The notes under the pieces were generated by a model. It had not been told where the DNA came from. It did no database searches and was given only the letters and a program-made list of their open reading frames with translations. A DNA stretch of 64,000 bases from Alphaproteobacteria bacterium (GTDB lineage: Bacteria; Pseudomonadota; Alphaproteobacteria; JANSWW01): positions 4,256 through 68,255 of the forward strand of contig JANSWW010000007.1 in the NCBI GenBank assembly GCA_024743275.1. Reading direction: 5' to 3'. The position numbers and the translations under genes were made by a program. This document shows, one piece after another, positions 39,827 to 50,703 of the stretch (position 1 is its first letter; each line of letters opens with the position of its first letter).

Positions 39827-41758
39827 TCACTGAGGCAGGGAATAGCCGACCTTGGTGCCGACCCCAGGGGTGCTGTCGATCTCCAGGGTCCCGCCGTGCA
39901 GATCGACGATCCGTTTGACGATCGCCAGACCCAGTCCCGTGCCACCATGGGCCTTGGTCACGTCGTCGCTCACCAATTGCTGGAACGGCTCAAGGGCTCT
40001 CTCGACCCCGATCGCGTCCATCCCCATACCCTGATCCGCGATCGTCACCCTCATCTCGTTATCGACAATCGCCGCGGTGATGGTCACGCGCCCCAGGATC
40101 GGAGAGAACTTCGCCGCGTTGTTGAGGATGTTGAGGGTCACCTGAAGCATCGCCGTCCGGTCGAAACGGCCGGTCGCGTCAGGATCGCAGGTGAGTTCGA
40201 CTTGGATATCCCGTTGTCTGATGAGGGGCGCGCAGAGGTCGATCGCATCTTCGATCATCCGTCGCACCGGGTGGACATCGATGGCGAGTTCGTATTGTCC
40301 CGCTTCGATTTTGGAGAGATCGAGAATGGAGTTGATGACATTGAGCAAGTGCAGGCCCGCCCGCTCGATCGAGGCGGCGGTGTCCGCCAATTTGTCCTTG
40401 TCGAAGTTCCGATTCATGGCGATGGGCAGGAACTGCGCATAGCCGATGATGGCATTGAGCGGCGTCCGGAGTTCGTGGCTCATCGTGGCCAGGAAGATGG
40501 ATTTCGCCCGGTTCGCCTCCTCTGCGATCGCCATGGCGTTCTGCATCTCGAGGGTCCGCCGGTCGACCTCCTGTTCGAGTTGGGCGTTGAGATCGCGCAG
40601 GTCCCGGTCGCGGCGGGCCGCTTCCTCGGCAAGGCGATTGATCGAGGCGGCCGTATCGGACAATTCGTCGTTGCCCTTCAGCTCGATGCGGTGCTCGGGC
40701 GTCGAATTGATCCGGTCGACTCCGGCGATCAGGGCATCGACCCGGGAGGTGAAGAATCGGCGGAAAAACGCCTCCGAGAGAACGATCGAGGTGAACAGGC
40801 TGGCGGTGATCCCGAACAGCAGGAAATACAGGGCCCGTTCCGGCTGATAGCGGGCATAGGCGGCATCGTCGATGGTGATGGCGGCGACGAATCTCAGCCC
40901 CGGCATGCCGTGCTCCGACAAGGACATCAGCCGATAGATCCGATGGTCGGTGTTTTTGTCGACGATCTCGGAGTCGCCCTGCAGGAAGCGCTGTGCGATC
41001 CCCTCGTCCAGTTTCGATCCCTGTCGGATCAAGGACCAACGGTCGATCTGGGACAGGGTGAAGAGATCGAAATCGGCGATATAGGAATGGGACCTTTTGA
41101 CGTTGGTCAGGAAGTCGTCGTAGAGAAAGGCGCCCAGGTCGATTTCCGACTTTCCGCCGATCCGATCGAGAATCGTGACATCGGCATTGAAGATGATGCG
41201 GGATCCGACGGGGCTGTAATAGGCGTATTTTTTGAGCAGGCCAGTCTTCGTCGAGACCGAGACCCTGTCCACGGAGACACGCCCCGCGCCGACGATCCCC
41301 TCAAGATAGTCGGTGTATTCCTGACTGAACGAGGACATGTCGAGGTCGAGGTCGGCGTCGAATGTTGTCGCGGCCACCTTCAAGTCTTCGTCGATGATAT
41401 AGAGCTCATCGACATTGTAGGTTTTGGCGACCGACTCCAGGAATTCTTTCGAGGGGTTTTCTTTCCTGGTTTCCATTTCTTGAAGTATTTCGGCGCTCAG
41501 GCGCGGCAGCGCTGTTTCGAACTGCGTAGCCCATTCCGCCTCGACGATCCGCATGAGTTGAAGAAACGTCGTGATGTTGTTTTGAATTGTAAAAAATGCA
41601 TCGTCGATACGCTCGACTTGCTGCCGTTCCTCGACGCTATAGTAAGCAAGAAAACCAAAAAACCCCGTTAGCGCCGTCGTAAATACAGCGGACAGTATAA
41701 CGAGGTTCCGGACTCTGCTGGTAATAATGGTTCTAGACGGGCGACTTGTTCTTTCCAT
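39827..41758 (-). CDS. Sensor histidine kinase (N-terminal TM/periplasmic region, HAMP-like, HisKA, HATPase_c)
   Basis: H-box ATMSHELRTPLNAIIGY; G-boxes ...GTGLGLAIVKRIVDLHGG. Confidence 0.8.
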   Translation of the reverse strand: MERTSRPSRTIITSRVRNLVILSAVFTTALTGFFGFLAYYSVEERQQVERIDDAFFTIQNNITTFLQLMRIVEAEWATQFETALPRLSAEILQEMETRKENPSKEFLESVAKTYNVDELYIIDEDLKVAATTFDADLDLDMSSFSQEYTDYLEGIVGAGRVSVDRVSVSTKTGLLKKYAYYSPVGSRIIFNADVTILDRIGGKSEIDLGAFLYDDFLTNVKRSHSYIADFDLFTLSQIDRWSLIRQGSKLDEGIAQRFLQGDSEIVDKNTDHRIYRLMSLSEHGMPGLRFVAAITIDDAAYARYQPERALYFLLFGITASLFTSIVLSEAFFRRFFTSRVDALIAGVDRINSTPEHRIELKGNDELSDTAASINRLAEEAARRDRDLRDLNAQLEQEVDRRTLEMQNAMAIAEEANRAKSIFLATMSHELRTPLNAIIGYAQFLPIAMNRNFDKDKLADTAASIERAGLHLLNVINSILDLSKIEAGQYELAIDVHPVRRMIEDAIDLCAPLIRQRDIQVELTCDPDATGRFDRTAMLQVTLNILNNAAKFSPILGRVTITAAIVDNEMRVTIADQGMGMDAIGVERALEPFQQLVSDDVTKAHGGTGLGLAIVKRIVDLHGGTLEIDSTPGVGTKVGYSLPQ

Positions 41759-41978
41759 TTCCCAGGGAGCCCAACTTCACCACAAAGGTTGCGATAGTAC
41801 CTGCGGACAGCGCCCCCACAGTGACAGCGGCGACTTCCAAGTCAACCGCATTCTATGGTTAATTACATGCTTATCTTAATACCCGAAGAATCGTAATTCA
41901 CGCCAAGATCGTGTAACTCGGCGATCCGTACCCGTCGCTCCCGGCGCCGGTATGGATTCCGGTCGCCGATCGGTGAGG

Positions 41979-42764
41979 TCACCGGCCCTTCCAGACCGGA
42001 TCCCGTTTCTCGGCAAAGGCGCGCGCGCCCTCCTTCTGATCCTCGGAACGATAAAGTCGCTCCACGGTTTCGAATTGGCTTTTGGTGATCCTGTTGAGGG
42101 CATCGTGGAACTTCATGCCCTCCGCCTCTCGGACCACTTCTTTGATGGCGGCGAAAACCAACGGCGGTCCGGCGGCGAGGTCGTCCGCGAGTTTCCGCGC
42201 CTCGGCCATGAGATCGTCCGGCGGCACGACCCGGTTGATCAGGCCCCAGCGGGCGGCTTCCTCCGCGTCGAGCCAGCGCCCGGTCAATAGCATCTCCATG
42301 GCGATGTGATAGGGGATCCGCTTCGGCAGCTTGATGGAGGCGGCGTCCGCCACGGTGCCGGAGCGGATTTCCGGAAGGGCGAAGCTGGCATGGTCGGCGG
42401 CAATCAGGATGTCGCCGGACAAGGCGAGTTCCAGCCCGCCGCCACAGCAGATGCCGTTGATCGCCATGATGACCGGCTTGTTGAGCCCGCGCAGTTCCTG
42501 CAGTCCGCCGAATCCCCCAACACCGTAGTCGCCGTCGACCGCATCGCCGTCCGCCGCCGCCTTGAGATCCCAGCCCGGACAGAAGAACTTCTCGCCGGCC
42601 CCGGTGACCACCGCCACCCGCAGGTCCGGGTCGTCGCGGAACGCCGTGAACACCTCTCCCATCACACGGCTGGTGGCCAGGTCGATCGCGTTGGCCTTGG
42701 GACGATCCAGCGTGACCTCCAGCACATGCCCCCGGCGTTCGGTCTTGATCGGGTTATCGGTCAT
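41979..42764 (-). CDS. Enoyl-CoA hydratase/isomerase (crotonase) family protein
   Basis: Oxyanion-hole motifs AVVTGAGEKFFCPGWDL and ICCGGGLELAL. Confidence 0.85.
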   Translation of the reverse strand: MTDNPIKTERRGHVLEVTLDRPKANAIDLATSRVMGEVFTAFRDDPDLRVAVVTGAGEKFFCPGWDLKAAADGDAVDGDYGVGGFGGLQELRGLNKPVIMAINGICCGGGLELALSGDILIAADHASFALPEIRSGTVADAASIKLPKRIPYHIAMEMLLTGRWLDAEEAARWGLINRVVPPDDLMAEARKLADDLAAGPPLVFAAIKEVVREAEGMKFHDALNRITKSQFETVERLYRSEDQKEGARAFAEKRDPVWKGR

Positions 42765-44815
42765 CCTTGCCTCCCAATTGAACGAGTGCGTCCGCCGCCA
42801 CGGCGCGGTCCGGGCAGCAGATCAATGGGTTTACTTCGGCCTCGATCAAATCCGGAGCCGAGGCCGTCGCATAGGATTGCAGCGCAAGCACCGCCGCGAC
42901 AATGGCGTCCTGGTCCGCCGCGGGTCGGCCGCGATAGCCGGCGAGCAGGCGTTGTATTCCAAGGCGCCGCAACGCCGATAGAACGTCCTCCGCCGTGACC
43001 GGCAGCAGCATCGAGACCCGGTCCTGTACCAGTTCGGCCAGCACACCGCCCGCCGCCAGGGTCATGAGATAGCCATGGGCGGGGTCCCGGGTGACGCCGA
43101 CAAGGAGTTCGGCGACCCCGGTCGACACCATCTCCTCCACCAAGAAACGGGTCGCCGGCATAGCCGCCGCCGCCTTGGTGACGGCCGCCGGCGTCTCCAG
43201 GCCCAGGACGACGGCGCCCGCCTCCGTCTTGTGGGCGATTCCCTCGCCTTTGAGGACGACGGGGAAACCGAGCGTCTCCGCCGCCCGCGCCGCCGCCTCG
43301 GGATCTGCGGCCCGTACGGCCTTCGGGACCGAGAGACCGTGGGCCGCCAGCCCCGCCTTCGCCTCGGCTTCGGAGAGAGCCCGGGCGGGTATGTCCCCCG
43401 CCGCATCGCGCCGTCCCGGGGACAGAACCGGCAAGGGGGGCGGGCGTGGGCGGCCGAGCCAGGCGGCGACTTCCAGGGCCTCGACGGCCTCCGTCATGCC
43501 GCAGAATGGGACCAGGCCGTCGGCGACCAGCGCCTCGGCCATGGCCTCGGGCATATTCTCTGGCAGCGAGGCCATGATCCCCATCGGAACGCCCCGTTTC
43601 GTTCGCGTCGCCTTGACCGCGCGGACGACCTGCAGCCATGGCTCCGCGTCCTCGCCCCCGCGCGGGAAATCCAGGACGACACTGCCGAAGGCGAGTTCGT
43701 CCGGATCCATCATGGCGGTGAAGGTGTCGGTCAGGGCGGTTTCGTTGCGCCAGATATAGGTGTGGTAGTCGAGCGGATTGGCGAGCGCCACCTTCGGTCC
43801 CAGGGCGCCGCGCAGGCCTGACTTTTGCCGATCGTTCAACGGCGGGAAGGTCAGGTTCCGGCCATGGACCAGGTCGGCCATCAGGCTGGCCTCGCCACCC
43901 GAACAGGACAGGCAGGCGATCCGGTCGGACCTCAATGGGCCGGCCACATGCAACAGCTTCAACGTTTCCAGGAAAGCGGTCAGCGTATGGACCTGTCCGA
44001 TCCCCAGCCGGTCGAGCAGAGCGACCGCCCCGGCCTCGCTGCCGGTCAGCGAGGCCGTATGGGTGAGGGTGGCGCCCTGGGCGTGCTCGGACCGGCCGAT
44101 CTTCAGGGCGACGACGGGTTTCCCGCCGCGCCGCGCCCGGGACGCCAGGTCTTCCAGCGCCGCGATGTCGTCGATCCCCTCGATATACAGACCAAGGGCT
44201 GTCACCCGGTCGTCGGCGAGCAGAGCGGCACCGATCTCGGACAATCCGGTCTGCGCCTGATTGCCGACCGTGGCCATATAGGCGATCGGCAGGCCGCGCC
44301 GCTGCATGGTGAGGTTGATGGCGATGTTGGAGGATTGGGCGACGATGGCGACACCCCTTGCCAGAGGGCGCCCGCCATGGAAATCGGGCCACAGGGCCAC
44401 CCGGTCGAGGTAATTGACGATGCCGTAGCAGTTGGGGCCGACAATCCGCATGGTCCCGGCGGCGTCCAGCAGGCGGTTCTGAAGGTCGGCCCCGCCGGCG
44501 CTTTCGTTCTCCGCCTCGCGAAAACCGGAGGCGAAGCAGATCGCCCCGCCCGCTCCGCGATCGGCGAGGGCGGCCACGACCTCGATGGTGGCTTCCCGGT
44601 TGACGGCGATGAAGGCCGCGTCCGGGGCGGCGGGAAGGTCGTCGATGGACCGGTATACCGGCTTCCCCCCGATGGTTTCGCGGGTCGGATGGACGGGCCA
44701 GATCTCTCCGGGGAAGCCGATTTCGACGTTTTGCTCGACGGCACTGGCGGACCAGGCGCCGCCGCCGATGACGGCGACGGTCCGGGGGCGCAACAGCCGG
44801 TCGAGCGGCTGCATC
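42754..44815 (-). CDS. Acyl-CoA synthetase (NDP-forming) / acetate--CoA ligase family protein (CoA-binding plus ATP-grasp). Start at MQPLDR; ORF 42754..45579 has a long spurious 5' extension.
   Basis: TVAVIGGGAWS...IVGPNCYGIVN CoA-binding domain; C-terminal ATP-grasp ...VVLKGEGIAHKTEAGAV. Confidence 0.75.
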
Positions 44816-44828
44816 GGACCCCGGGTCC

Positions 44829-45989
44829 TCAAGATCCGAGCGGCCGCAGCAGGTCGCGGCTGATGATGTGCCGTTGGATTTCCGAGGTACCGTCCCAGAT
44901 CCGCTCGACCCGGGCGTCGCGCCAGAACCGCTCGATGGGGAAGTCGTCCATCAGGCCCATGCCCCCGAAGATCTGCAGAGTCGCATCGGTCACCCGGGCC
45001 AGCATTTCGCTGGCGTAGAGTTTGGCCGATGCGATCTCGCGATTGGCCGGCAGGCCCTGGTCCAGGCGCCAGGCGGCGGCCAGCGTCAGCCAATCGGCCG
45101 CGTCGATCTCGGTCACCATGTCGGCGAGTTGGAAGCTCACGCCCTGGAATTTCCCGATCGGCTGGCCGAACTGCCGCCGCTCGGCGGCGTGGTGGAGGGC
45201 GTAGTCGAAACAGCGCCGGGCCCGGCCGACCGACATGGTCGCGACCGTGATCCGCGTGGCATAGAGCCATTCGTTCATGACGGCGAAGCCGCCGTCGACC
45301 GCGCCCAGGACCTGGCCATCGGGCAGGCGGCAATTGTCGAAGTAGAGGATGCAATTCTTGTAGCCGCGATGGGAGACCGAGTTGTAGCCGTCCCGCACCT
45401 CGAAGCCCGGCGTATCCCGGTCGACCAGGAAGCATGTGATCCGCTTCTTCGGCCCCTTCGGCGTATCGTCGACCCCTGTCGCGACGAAAACGATGAAGAA
45501 GTCGGCGTGGTCGGCGCCGGAGATGAAGTGCTTGGAGCCGTTGATCACCCAGTCCCCGCCGTCGCGGACGGCGGTGCACTTCATCGAGCGGACGTCGGAG
45601 CCGGCATCCGGCTCGGTCATCGCCAGCGCGTCCATCCTCTCCCCGCGCACCGCCGGCAGCAGATAGCGTTCCCGCTGATCGCCGGTACAGGCCATCAGGA
45701 TGTTCTGGGGGCGGCCGAAGAAATGGTTGAGCGCCATGGAGCCGCGGCCAAGCTCCCGCTCGACCAGGGCGAATTCAAGATGGCTCAGGCCGGCGCCGCC
45801 GACCTCCTCCGGGAAGTTGCAGGCGTAGAATCCGAGATCCAGGGTCTTGCGCTTGATCTCCTGGGCGACCTCGGGGGGGACCACGCCGGTCCGCTCGACC
45901 GCCTCCTCATGGGGATAGATCTCGTTCTCGACAAAGGAGCGGACCGTCGAGACGATCATCTCCTGCTCTTCCGTCAGGCCGAATTGCAT
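44829..45989 (-). CDS. Acyl-CoA dehydrogenase
   Basis: ACAD three-domain signature, MTEPDAGSD...QIFGGMG. Confidence 0.85.
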   Translation of the reverse strand: MQFGLTEEQEMIVSTVRSFVENEIYPHEEAVERTGVVPPEVAQEIKRKTLDLGFYACNFPEEVGGAGLSHLEFALVERELGRGSMALNHFFGRPQNILMACTGDQRERYLLPAVRGERMDALAMTEPDAGSDVRSMKCTAVRDGGDWVINGSKHFISGADHADFFIVFVATGVDDTPKGPKKRITCFLVDRDTPGFEVRDGYNSVSHRGYKNCILYFDNCRLPDGQVLGAVDGGFAVMNEWLYATRITVATMSVGRARRCFDYALHHAAERRQFGQPIGKFQGVSFQLADMVTEIDAADWLTLAAAWRLDQGLPANREIASAKLYASEMLARVTDATLQIFGGMGLMDDFPIERFWRDARVERIWDGTSEIQRHIISRDLLRPLGS

Positions 45990-46073
45990 GCGCCGGTCCT
46001 TCCCCTCGTGCTCCTCGCGGATCTTCGATCAAGATGAACGGAGTTGCGTCCCAGGTTCATGCGGATTTAGGCT

Positions 46074-47039
46074 TTGGTCATGCAGACCACGACAATTCGA
46101 CCGGCGCCGCGTGACATCGCGATTCTTTTGTTCGACCGCTTTTCGAACCATTGCCTGGCCAATGCGGTGGAGCCGTTCCGGGCGGCCAACATGCTGTCGC
46201 GCAAGGAGCTTTATCGCTGGCAGTTCGTCACCTGGGACGGGACGGATGTGGTGTCGTCGAGCGGCCTGCCGGTCACGCCGGGGACCCGGCTCGCGGATCA
46301 TCCGGGCGGGGACTATCTCTTCCTCTTGCCGAGCTACGGCTATGCCGGCGAAACGGGGCCCGACAAGCTGGTGGCTTTGCGCGAGGCCGCACGCCGCTTT
46401 ACGGCGCTGGTGGGCATGGACTGCGGCGCCTGGCTGATGGCGGCGGCCGGGCTGCTCGACGGCCATCGGGCGACGATCCATTGGGACGAGATCGGGCGTT
46501 TCGCGGAGACCTTCCCGGAGGTCGATACGGTCGAGGACCGTTTCGTGCGTGACGGCGACCGGATCACCTGCGGCGGGGCCACGACCACCTTCGAGCTGAC
46601 TTTGGACATGATCCGGCGTCAGCACGGCCCGATGCTGCGGCTGGAAGTGGCGGCCTTGTTCATGCATGGAGAGCGCAGCGATCTTCTCGACCCGCTGCTG
46701 CGCCCGACCTCGGCGCAACGGGTCGACGCGGCGGTCGCCTTGATGCGCCGGCATATCGAGGAGCCCCTGCCGCTGGCGGCCATCGCCGGGCAGGTCGGGG
46801 CGACGCAGAAGACCCTCGAGGGCCTGTTCAAGAAGTCGCTTCGCATGACGCCGCGGACGGTCTACCGGCGGCTCCGCCTGCGCGAGGCGCGCCGTCTGGT
46901 CAAGCATTCGAGGCTGTCGGTGGCGGAGATTGCTGTCCGGTGCGGCTATCAGAACGCCAGCGCGATGACGCGGGCGTTCACCGAGGAATTCGGCCTGCCA
47001 CCACGGGATCTAAGGATGCGCGGGGAGAGGACCCCCTGA
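46074..47039 (+). CDS. GlxA-family transcriptional regulator (DJ-1/PfpI domain plus AraC-type HTH)
   Basis: IAILLFDRFSNHCLANAVEPFRAAN...; C-terminal AraC HTH ...RLSVAEIAVRCGYQNASAMTRAF. Confidence 0.8.
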   Translation: MVMQTTTIRPAPRDIAILLFDRFSNHCLANAVEPFRAANMLSRKELYRWQFVTWDGTDVVSSSGLPVTPGTRLADHPGGDYLFLLPSYGYAGETGPDKLVALREAARRFTALVGMDCGAWLMAAAGLLDGHRATIHWDEIGRFAETFPEVDTVEDRFVRDGDRITCGGATTTFELTLDMIRRQHGPMLRLEVAALFMHGERSDLLDPLLRPTSAQRVDAAVALMRRHIEEPLPLAAIAGQVGATQKTLEGLFKKSLRMTPRTVYRRLRLREARRLVKHSRLSVAEIAVRCGYQNASAMTRAFTEEFGLPPRDLRMRGERTP

Positions 47040-47122
47040 GAGGACCCCCTGAGGGGACAAGTGAGGGGGCGGGTGAGGGGCCCTCTCCGGCAGATTGGAT
47101 CCGGCAGATCGAATCAGGTTGG

Positions 47123-47338
47123 TCAGGAGCGGCGGAACTCGGGGACCCGGGCGGTGTTGCGGAAGACCGCATAGCCGGCGAACCCGATCAACGCGACCGC
47201 CGTCACAACACCTTGGAGCCCGATATCCGGGCTACCCAGCTTGGCGAGACCGGCATAAACACCGAGAATGCCAAAGAAGGCGATGAGGAAGCGGGTGACG
47301 CTCTCCTGGGGGAGGGGGAACAGGGTGCTCGGGGTCAT
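47123..47338 (-). CDS. Small hypothetical membrane protein
   Basis: Two hydrophobic helices; ORF only. Confidence 0.3.
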   Translation of the reverse strand: MTPSTLFPLPQESVTRFLIAFFGILGVYAGLAKLGSPDIGLQGVVTAVALIGFAGYAVFRNTARVPEFRRS

Positions 47339-47472
47339 CTCAGATCTCCAGGTAATATTGTTACCCGGAACATAGGGTCTCCCGCCGGGGAATCACCCGC
47401 CTTTCCGTCGCAGCAAATCTGCAAATGCTGCATAGCAGCATAAACGCTCCGTTAACCCGATGGGAGGACTCT

Positions 47473-48258
47473 ATGGAGTTGGGATTGAAGGGAAAACTGG
47501 CGCTGATCACCGGCGCGTCCAAGGGGATCGGCCGGGGTGTCGCCGAGAGCTTGGCGGCCGAGGGCTGCCATCTTGTCCTGGCGGCGCGGTCGGAGGACCT
47601 GCTGAAGGATGCGGCCGCCCATCTGACCGCCACCTATGGCGTGACGGTGGATATCCAGGTCGCCGATATCGGCGCCCCGGGGATCCCCGCCAAGCTCGCC
47701 GCCCTCGACCCTCTGCCCGATATCCTGGTCAACAATGCCGGCGCCATCCCGGCGGGCGACGTGTTGTCGATCGACGAGGAGACCTGGCGCCATGCCTGGG
47801 AGTTGAAGGTCTTCGGCTATATCAATATGGCCCGTGCCTTCTTCGACCGGATGGCCGCGCGCGGGCATGGCGTGATCTGCAATATCACCGGCCTCGCCGG
47901 CGACAAGATGGATTTCAACTATATCGCCGGCACCACGGGGAATGCCGGCCTCAACGCGTTCTCACGGGCCTTGGGCGGGCATGGAATCGACAGCGGTGTC
48001 AGGGTCTTCGCGGTCAGCCCCGGCCCGGTGCAGACCGACCGGCTGGTCACGCTCCTGAAATCCCGGGCCGAAGCCGAGACCGGCGATCCGGAGCAATGGC
48101 AAAGCTATCTGGGTGGGATGCCGCTGGAGCGCGGCGCCCATGTCCAGGAAGTCGCCGACGTGGTGACCTTTCTGGTCTCGCCGAAGGCCGGCTACGTCAA
48201 CGGCACCGTGGTGACCGTCGACGGTGGCCACGCGGCCCGGGGCGGCAGTTTTCGTTGA
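47473..48258 (+). CDS. SDR-family oxidoreductase
   Basis: TGASKGIGRGVA NAD(P)-binding motif; catalytic region. Start MELGLKGK within ORF 47425..48258. Confidence 0.85.
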   Translation: MELGLKGKLALITGASKGIGRGVAESLAAEGCHLVLAARSEDLLKDAAAHLTATYGVTVDIQVADIGAPGIPAKLAALDPLPDILVNNAGAIPAGDVLSIDEETWRHAWELKVFGYINMARAFFDRMAARGHGVICNITGLAGDKMDFNYIAGTTGNAGLNAFSRALGGHGIDSGVRVFAVSPGPVQTDRLVTLLKSRAEAETGDPEQWQSYLGGMPLERGAHVQEVADVVTFLVSPKAGYVNGTVVTVDGGHAARGGSFR

Positions 48259-48267
48259 AGGAGTCGG

Positions 48268-48570
48268 TCAGAGGCGCGTGGAATAGGCCTCGATGACCCG
48301 GACGACCTTGTCGCGGATGTCCTTAGGATCCCGGTGAACCTTTAGCGCGGCGGCCTCGCAGGCCCGATCGACGGCTTCCCGCCAGGGGCAGCCGTCGCGC
48401 TTGGCGTCCTTGAAAGTCTCGACGATGAGATCCTCGGTGTTCATGGACAGGCGGCCGGCGAGTTCTTCCTTCAGCCGCTTCTGCTTGTCGCTTTCCGGTT
48501 TCGGTGCATCCGGCCAGGCGCCGGTCAAGGTCGCGCTGCGGTTGGTGGCGGTCTGTTCGTCCATCGACAT
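48268..48570 (-). CDS. Hypothetical small protein (start at MSMDEQ; GAGGGA ribosome-binding site upstream)
   Basis: ORF with a good ribosome-binding site; no recognised domain. Confidence 0.4.
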   Translation of the reverse strand: MSMDEQTATNRSATLTGAWPDAPKPESDKQKRLKEELAGRLSMNTEDLIVETFKDAKRDGCPWREAVDRACEAAALKVHRDPKDIRDKVVRVIEAYSTRL

Positions 48571-48822
48571 GATTGATCCCTCAAATCCCTCCATCGCCCG
48601 CCTCGACGGGCCTTGTGGAAGAGTTTACGAAGGAAGGGTTAACAAAGGATTACAAACCCAGGTGGCAAAATCGATAATGGGAGCGTTCCGGCGCGCTCAA
48701 CCCTATCCGTATGAAATGATGAGAATAACCGTGCTCTTTCATTAAGTTTTTGCTTAGTTTTATTAAAATGTACAGGAAAGCCTGAGGCTGGCGAAAGCAA
48801 CCCCTGCGGGCTCGATCATGGC

Positions 48823-50688
48823 CTAGTGGACCGTCGCGAGCGCTTCGATGGGCTTGTCTGTTTCGTCGGCCGGGACCTTGATCGTGCCGACCCAGGGCAG
48901 ACGGAGCCGGAACTCCGTGCCGGTCCCGATCTCGCTGGTGAAGCTGATCGACCCGCCCAACCGTTTGGCCAGCTCTTGCGAAACGGAAAGCCCGATTCCC
49001 GCACCATCACTGGCGAGGAAGGGGTCGGCGACACAGCGTTCGAATGCGTCGAAGACCCGCTGCCGGTCGTCGTCGGAAATCCCGATCCCCGTGTCCTTGA
49101 CCGTGATGGTGAACCAGCCGGCATCCGCCGTGCTGCAGCGAATTTCGATGTGTCCGTGGTCCACGTTGAACTTGACCGCGTTGCTGAGCAGATTCATGAG
49201 GATCTGACGCAGCCGGACCGAGTCCGTTTCGATCAGAACGGTCGGGAACGAGGTTATCCCATCGTCGATGACGATTCCTCGTTTTTGCGCAAGCGGATAG
49301 GTCTGCTCCAGGCAATCCGCGACCAGTTGGTTCACGGCCACCACTTCTTGATTGATGGACAGTTTCCCTGCCTCAACACGGGCAAGATCGAGAATGTCGT
49401 TGACCAACGCCAAGAGATGCTCCCCACCCTTGAGGATGCTGTCGAGATAGACCTCCCGTTTTTCCGGTTTTATGCTGACTCCGTCGAGTTTCAGGAGCTG
49501 GCCGTAGCCGAGGATCGCGTTGAGCGGGGTTCTGAGTTCATGGCTCATATTGGCCAGGAAGTCGGACTTGGCCTGGTTGGCGGCGATTGCCTGATTGCGG
49601 GCGGCAATGAGTTCCCTTTCCGCGGCCACCTGATCGGTGACATCGCGGTTGACACCGATCATCCGGATCGCCTCGCCCCGCGCATCGAACAGCGTGGTCG
49701 CGTCCGCCTTGACGTAGCGCGTCTCGCCAGAGGGGGTCATGATGCGGAAGATCGTGTCGAGTTTCTGCTGCTCGTCCATACTGTCCATGACAAGGGAGCG
49801 GGCCATTTCGAGGTCCTCCGGATGGATCCTGCGTTCCCAGTCCTCGTATCGTCCGCTGAAGTGCTCCCTCTCGACGTCGTAGATCCGGAACATGCGGTCG
49901 TCCCAGTAGAGGGTGTTCTTCGTGATATCGTAGTCCCAGATGCCAAGAGACGCAGCGTTGGCGGCCAGTTTGAGCCGGGCCTCGTTCCGGCGGATGTTCT
50001 CTTGGAGGGCGAGGGCATCCTGACGCCACATTGACCCCGCCGCTTCCAGGTCATCGATCTCGTCGCCGCTGGAGGACAGGGCCCGATCCGTCCTTGAGAA
50101 AAGACGTTCGGTGACCGCGGATAGCCGCTTCGTGATCATCTTGTGAAACAAGATTAACAGGAAGAATGCCAGGAGGAGACTCTTGCCGAAGCCGGACAGG
50201 ACGATCCAGATCACCCGGTCCGGCAGCCCATAGGCCGCTTCGATCGGGTTTATGAAGACGGTGAGCGAGCCGACGGGGGCCGGTACGTTGGCAACCGTCA
50301 GGGGTAGCGTCGTCTCGATCGGATCCGATCCGACGAGAAGTCCGATCCAGGCGAGGCCATCCGTATTCACCTCTCTTTCAGCCAGACCCAGCCGGTCATC
50401 GAAATCGTCGATGATCTCCGCTCGAAACAGGCCCGAATCCAAGAGAAGTCCGTCGACCACCTCTTGGGCGACCACCGGATCGAGCCGGTAGGCCGCCCGC
50501 GCGGCCGAGTTCCGGACCGCCTGTGTGAAGGTATAGCCGAGGGCGTTGATCCGCTCGATTTCGCGTTTGACGTCGTAGCGAACCTGCAGGGCGGCGAACA
50601 AAGAGCCAAGCGCCAGCGCGATCAGGACGGCGGCCCGAGCCTGTTTAAAGGAGAGGCGGTGCTTCAGCGGGGTCGTCGTCTTCGTCAA
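48823..50688 (-). CDS. Sensor histidine kinase with a periplasmic region and PAS domain
   Basis: H-box NMSHELRTPLNAILGY; HATPase_c G-boxes. Confidence 0.8.
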   Translation of the reverse strand: MTKTTTPLKHRLSFKQARAAVLIALALGSLFAALQVRYDVKREIERINALGYTFTQAVRNSAARAAYRLDPVVAQEVVDGLLLDSGLFRAEIIDDFDDRLGLAEREVNTDGLAWIGLLVGSDPIETTLPLTVANVPAPVGSLTVFINPIEAAYGLPDRVIWIVLSGFGKSLLLAFFLLILFHKMITKRLSAVTERLFSRTDRALSSSGDEIDDLEAAGSMWRQDALALQENIRRNEARLKLAANAASLGIWDYDITKNTLYWDDRMFRIYDVEREHFSGRYEDWERRIHPEDLEMARSLVMDSMDEQQKLDTIFRIMTPSGETRYVKADATTLFDARGEAIRMIGVNRDVTDQVAAERELIAARNQAIAANQAKSDFLANMSHELRTPLNAILGYGQLLKLDGVSIKPEKREVYLDSILKGGEHLLALVNDILDLARVEAGKLSINQEVVAVNQLVADCLEQTYPLAQKRGIVIDDGITSFPTVLIETDSVRLRQILMNLLSNAVKFNVDHGHIEIRCSTADAGWFTITVKDTGIGISDDDRQRVFDAFERCVADPFLASDGAGIGLSVSQELAKRLGGSISFTSEIGTGTEFRLRLPWVGTIKVPADETDKPIEALATVH

Positions 50689-50703
50689 CCGACGTCTCCC
50701 GGA

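Noticed and set aside
42761-44392. 543-aa minus-strand ORF and several long plus-strand ORFs (43825..45018, 44868..46037)
   Set aside because: They are alternative frames or the antisense of the well-supported acyl-CoA synthetase and acyl-CoA dehydrogenase genes, with Arg/Gly/Pro-rich low-complexity translations.
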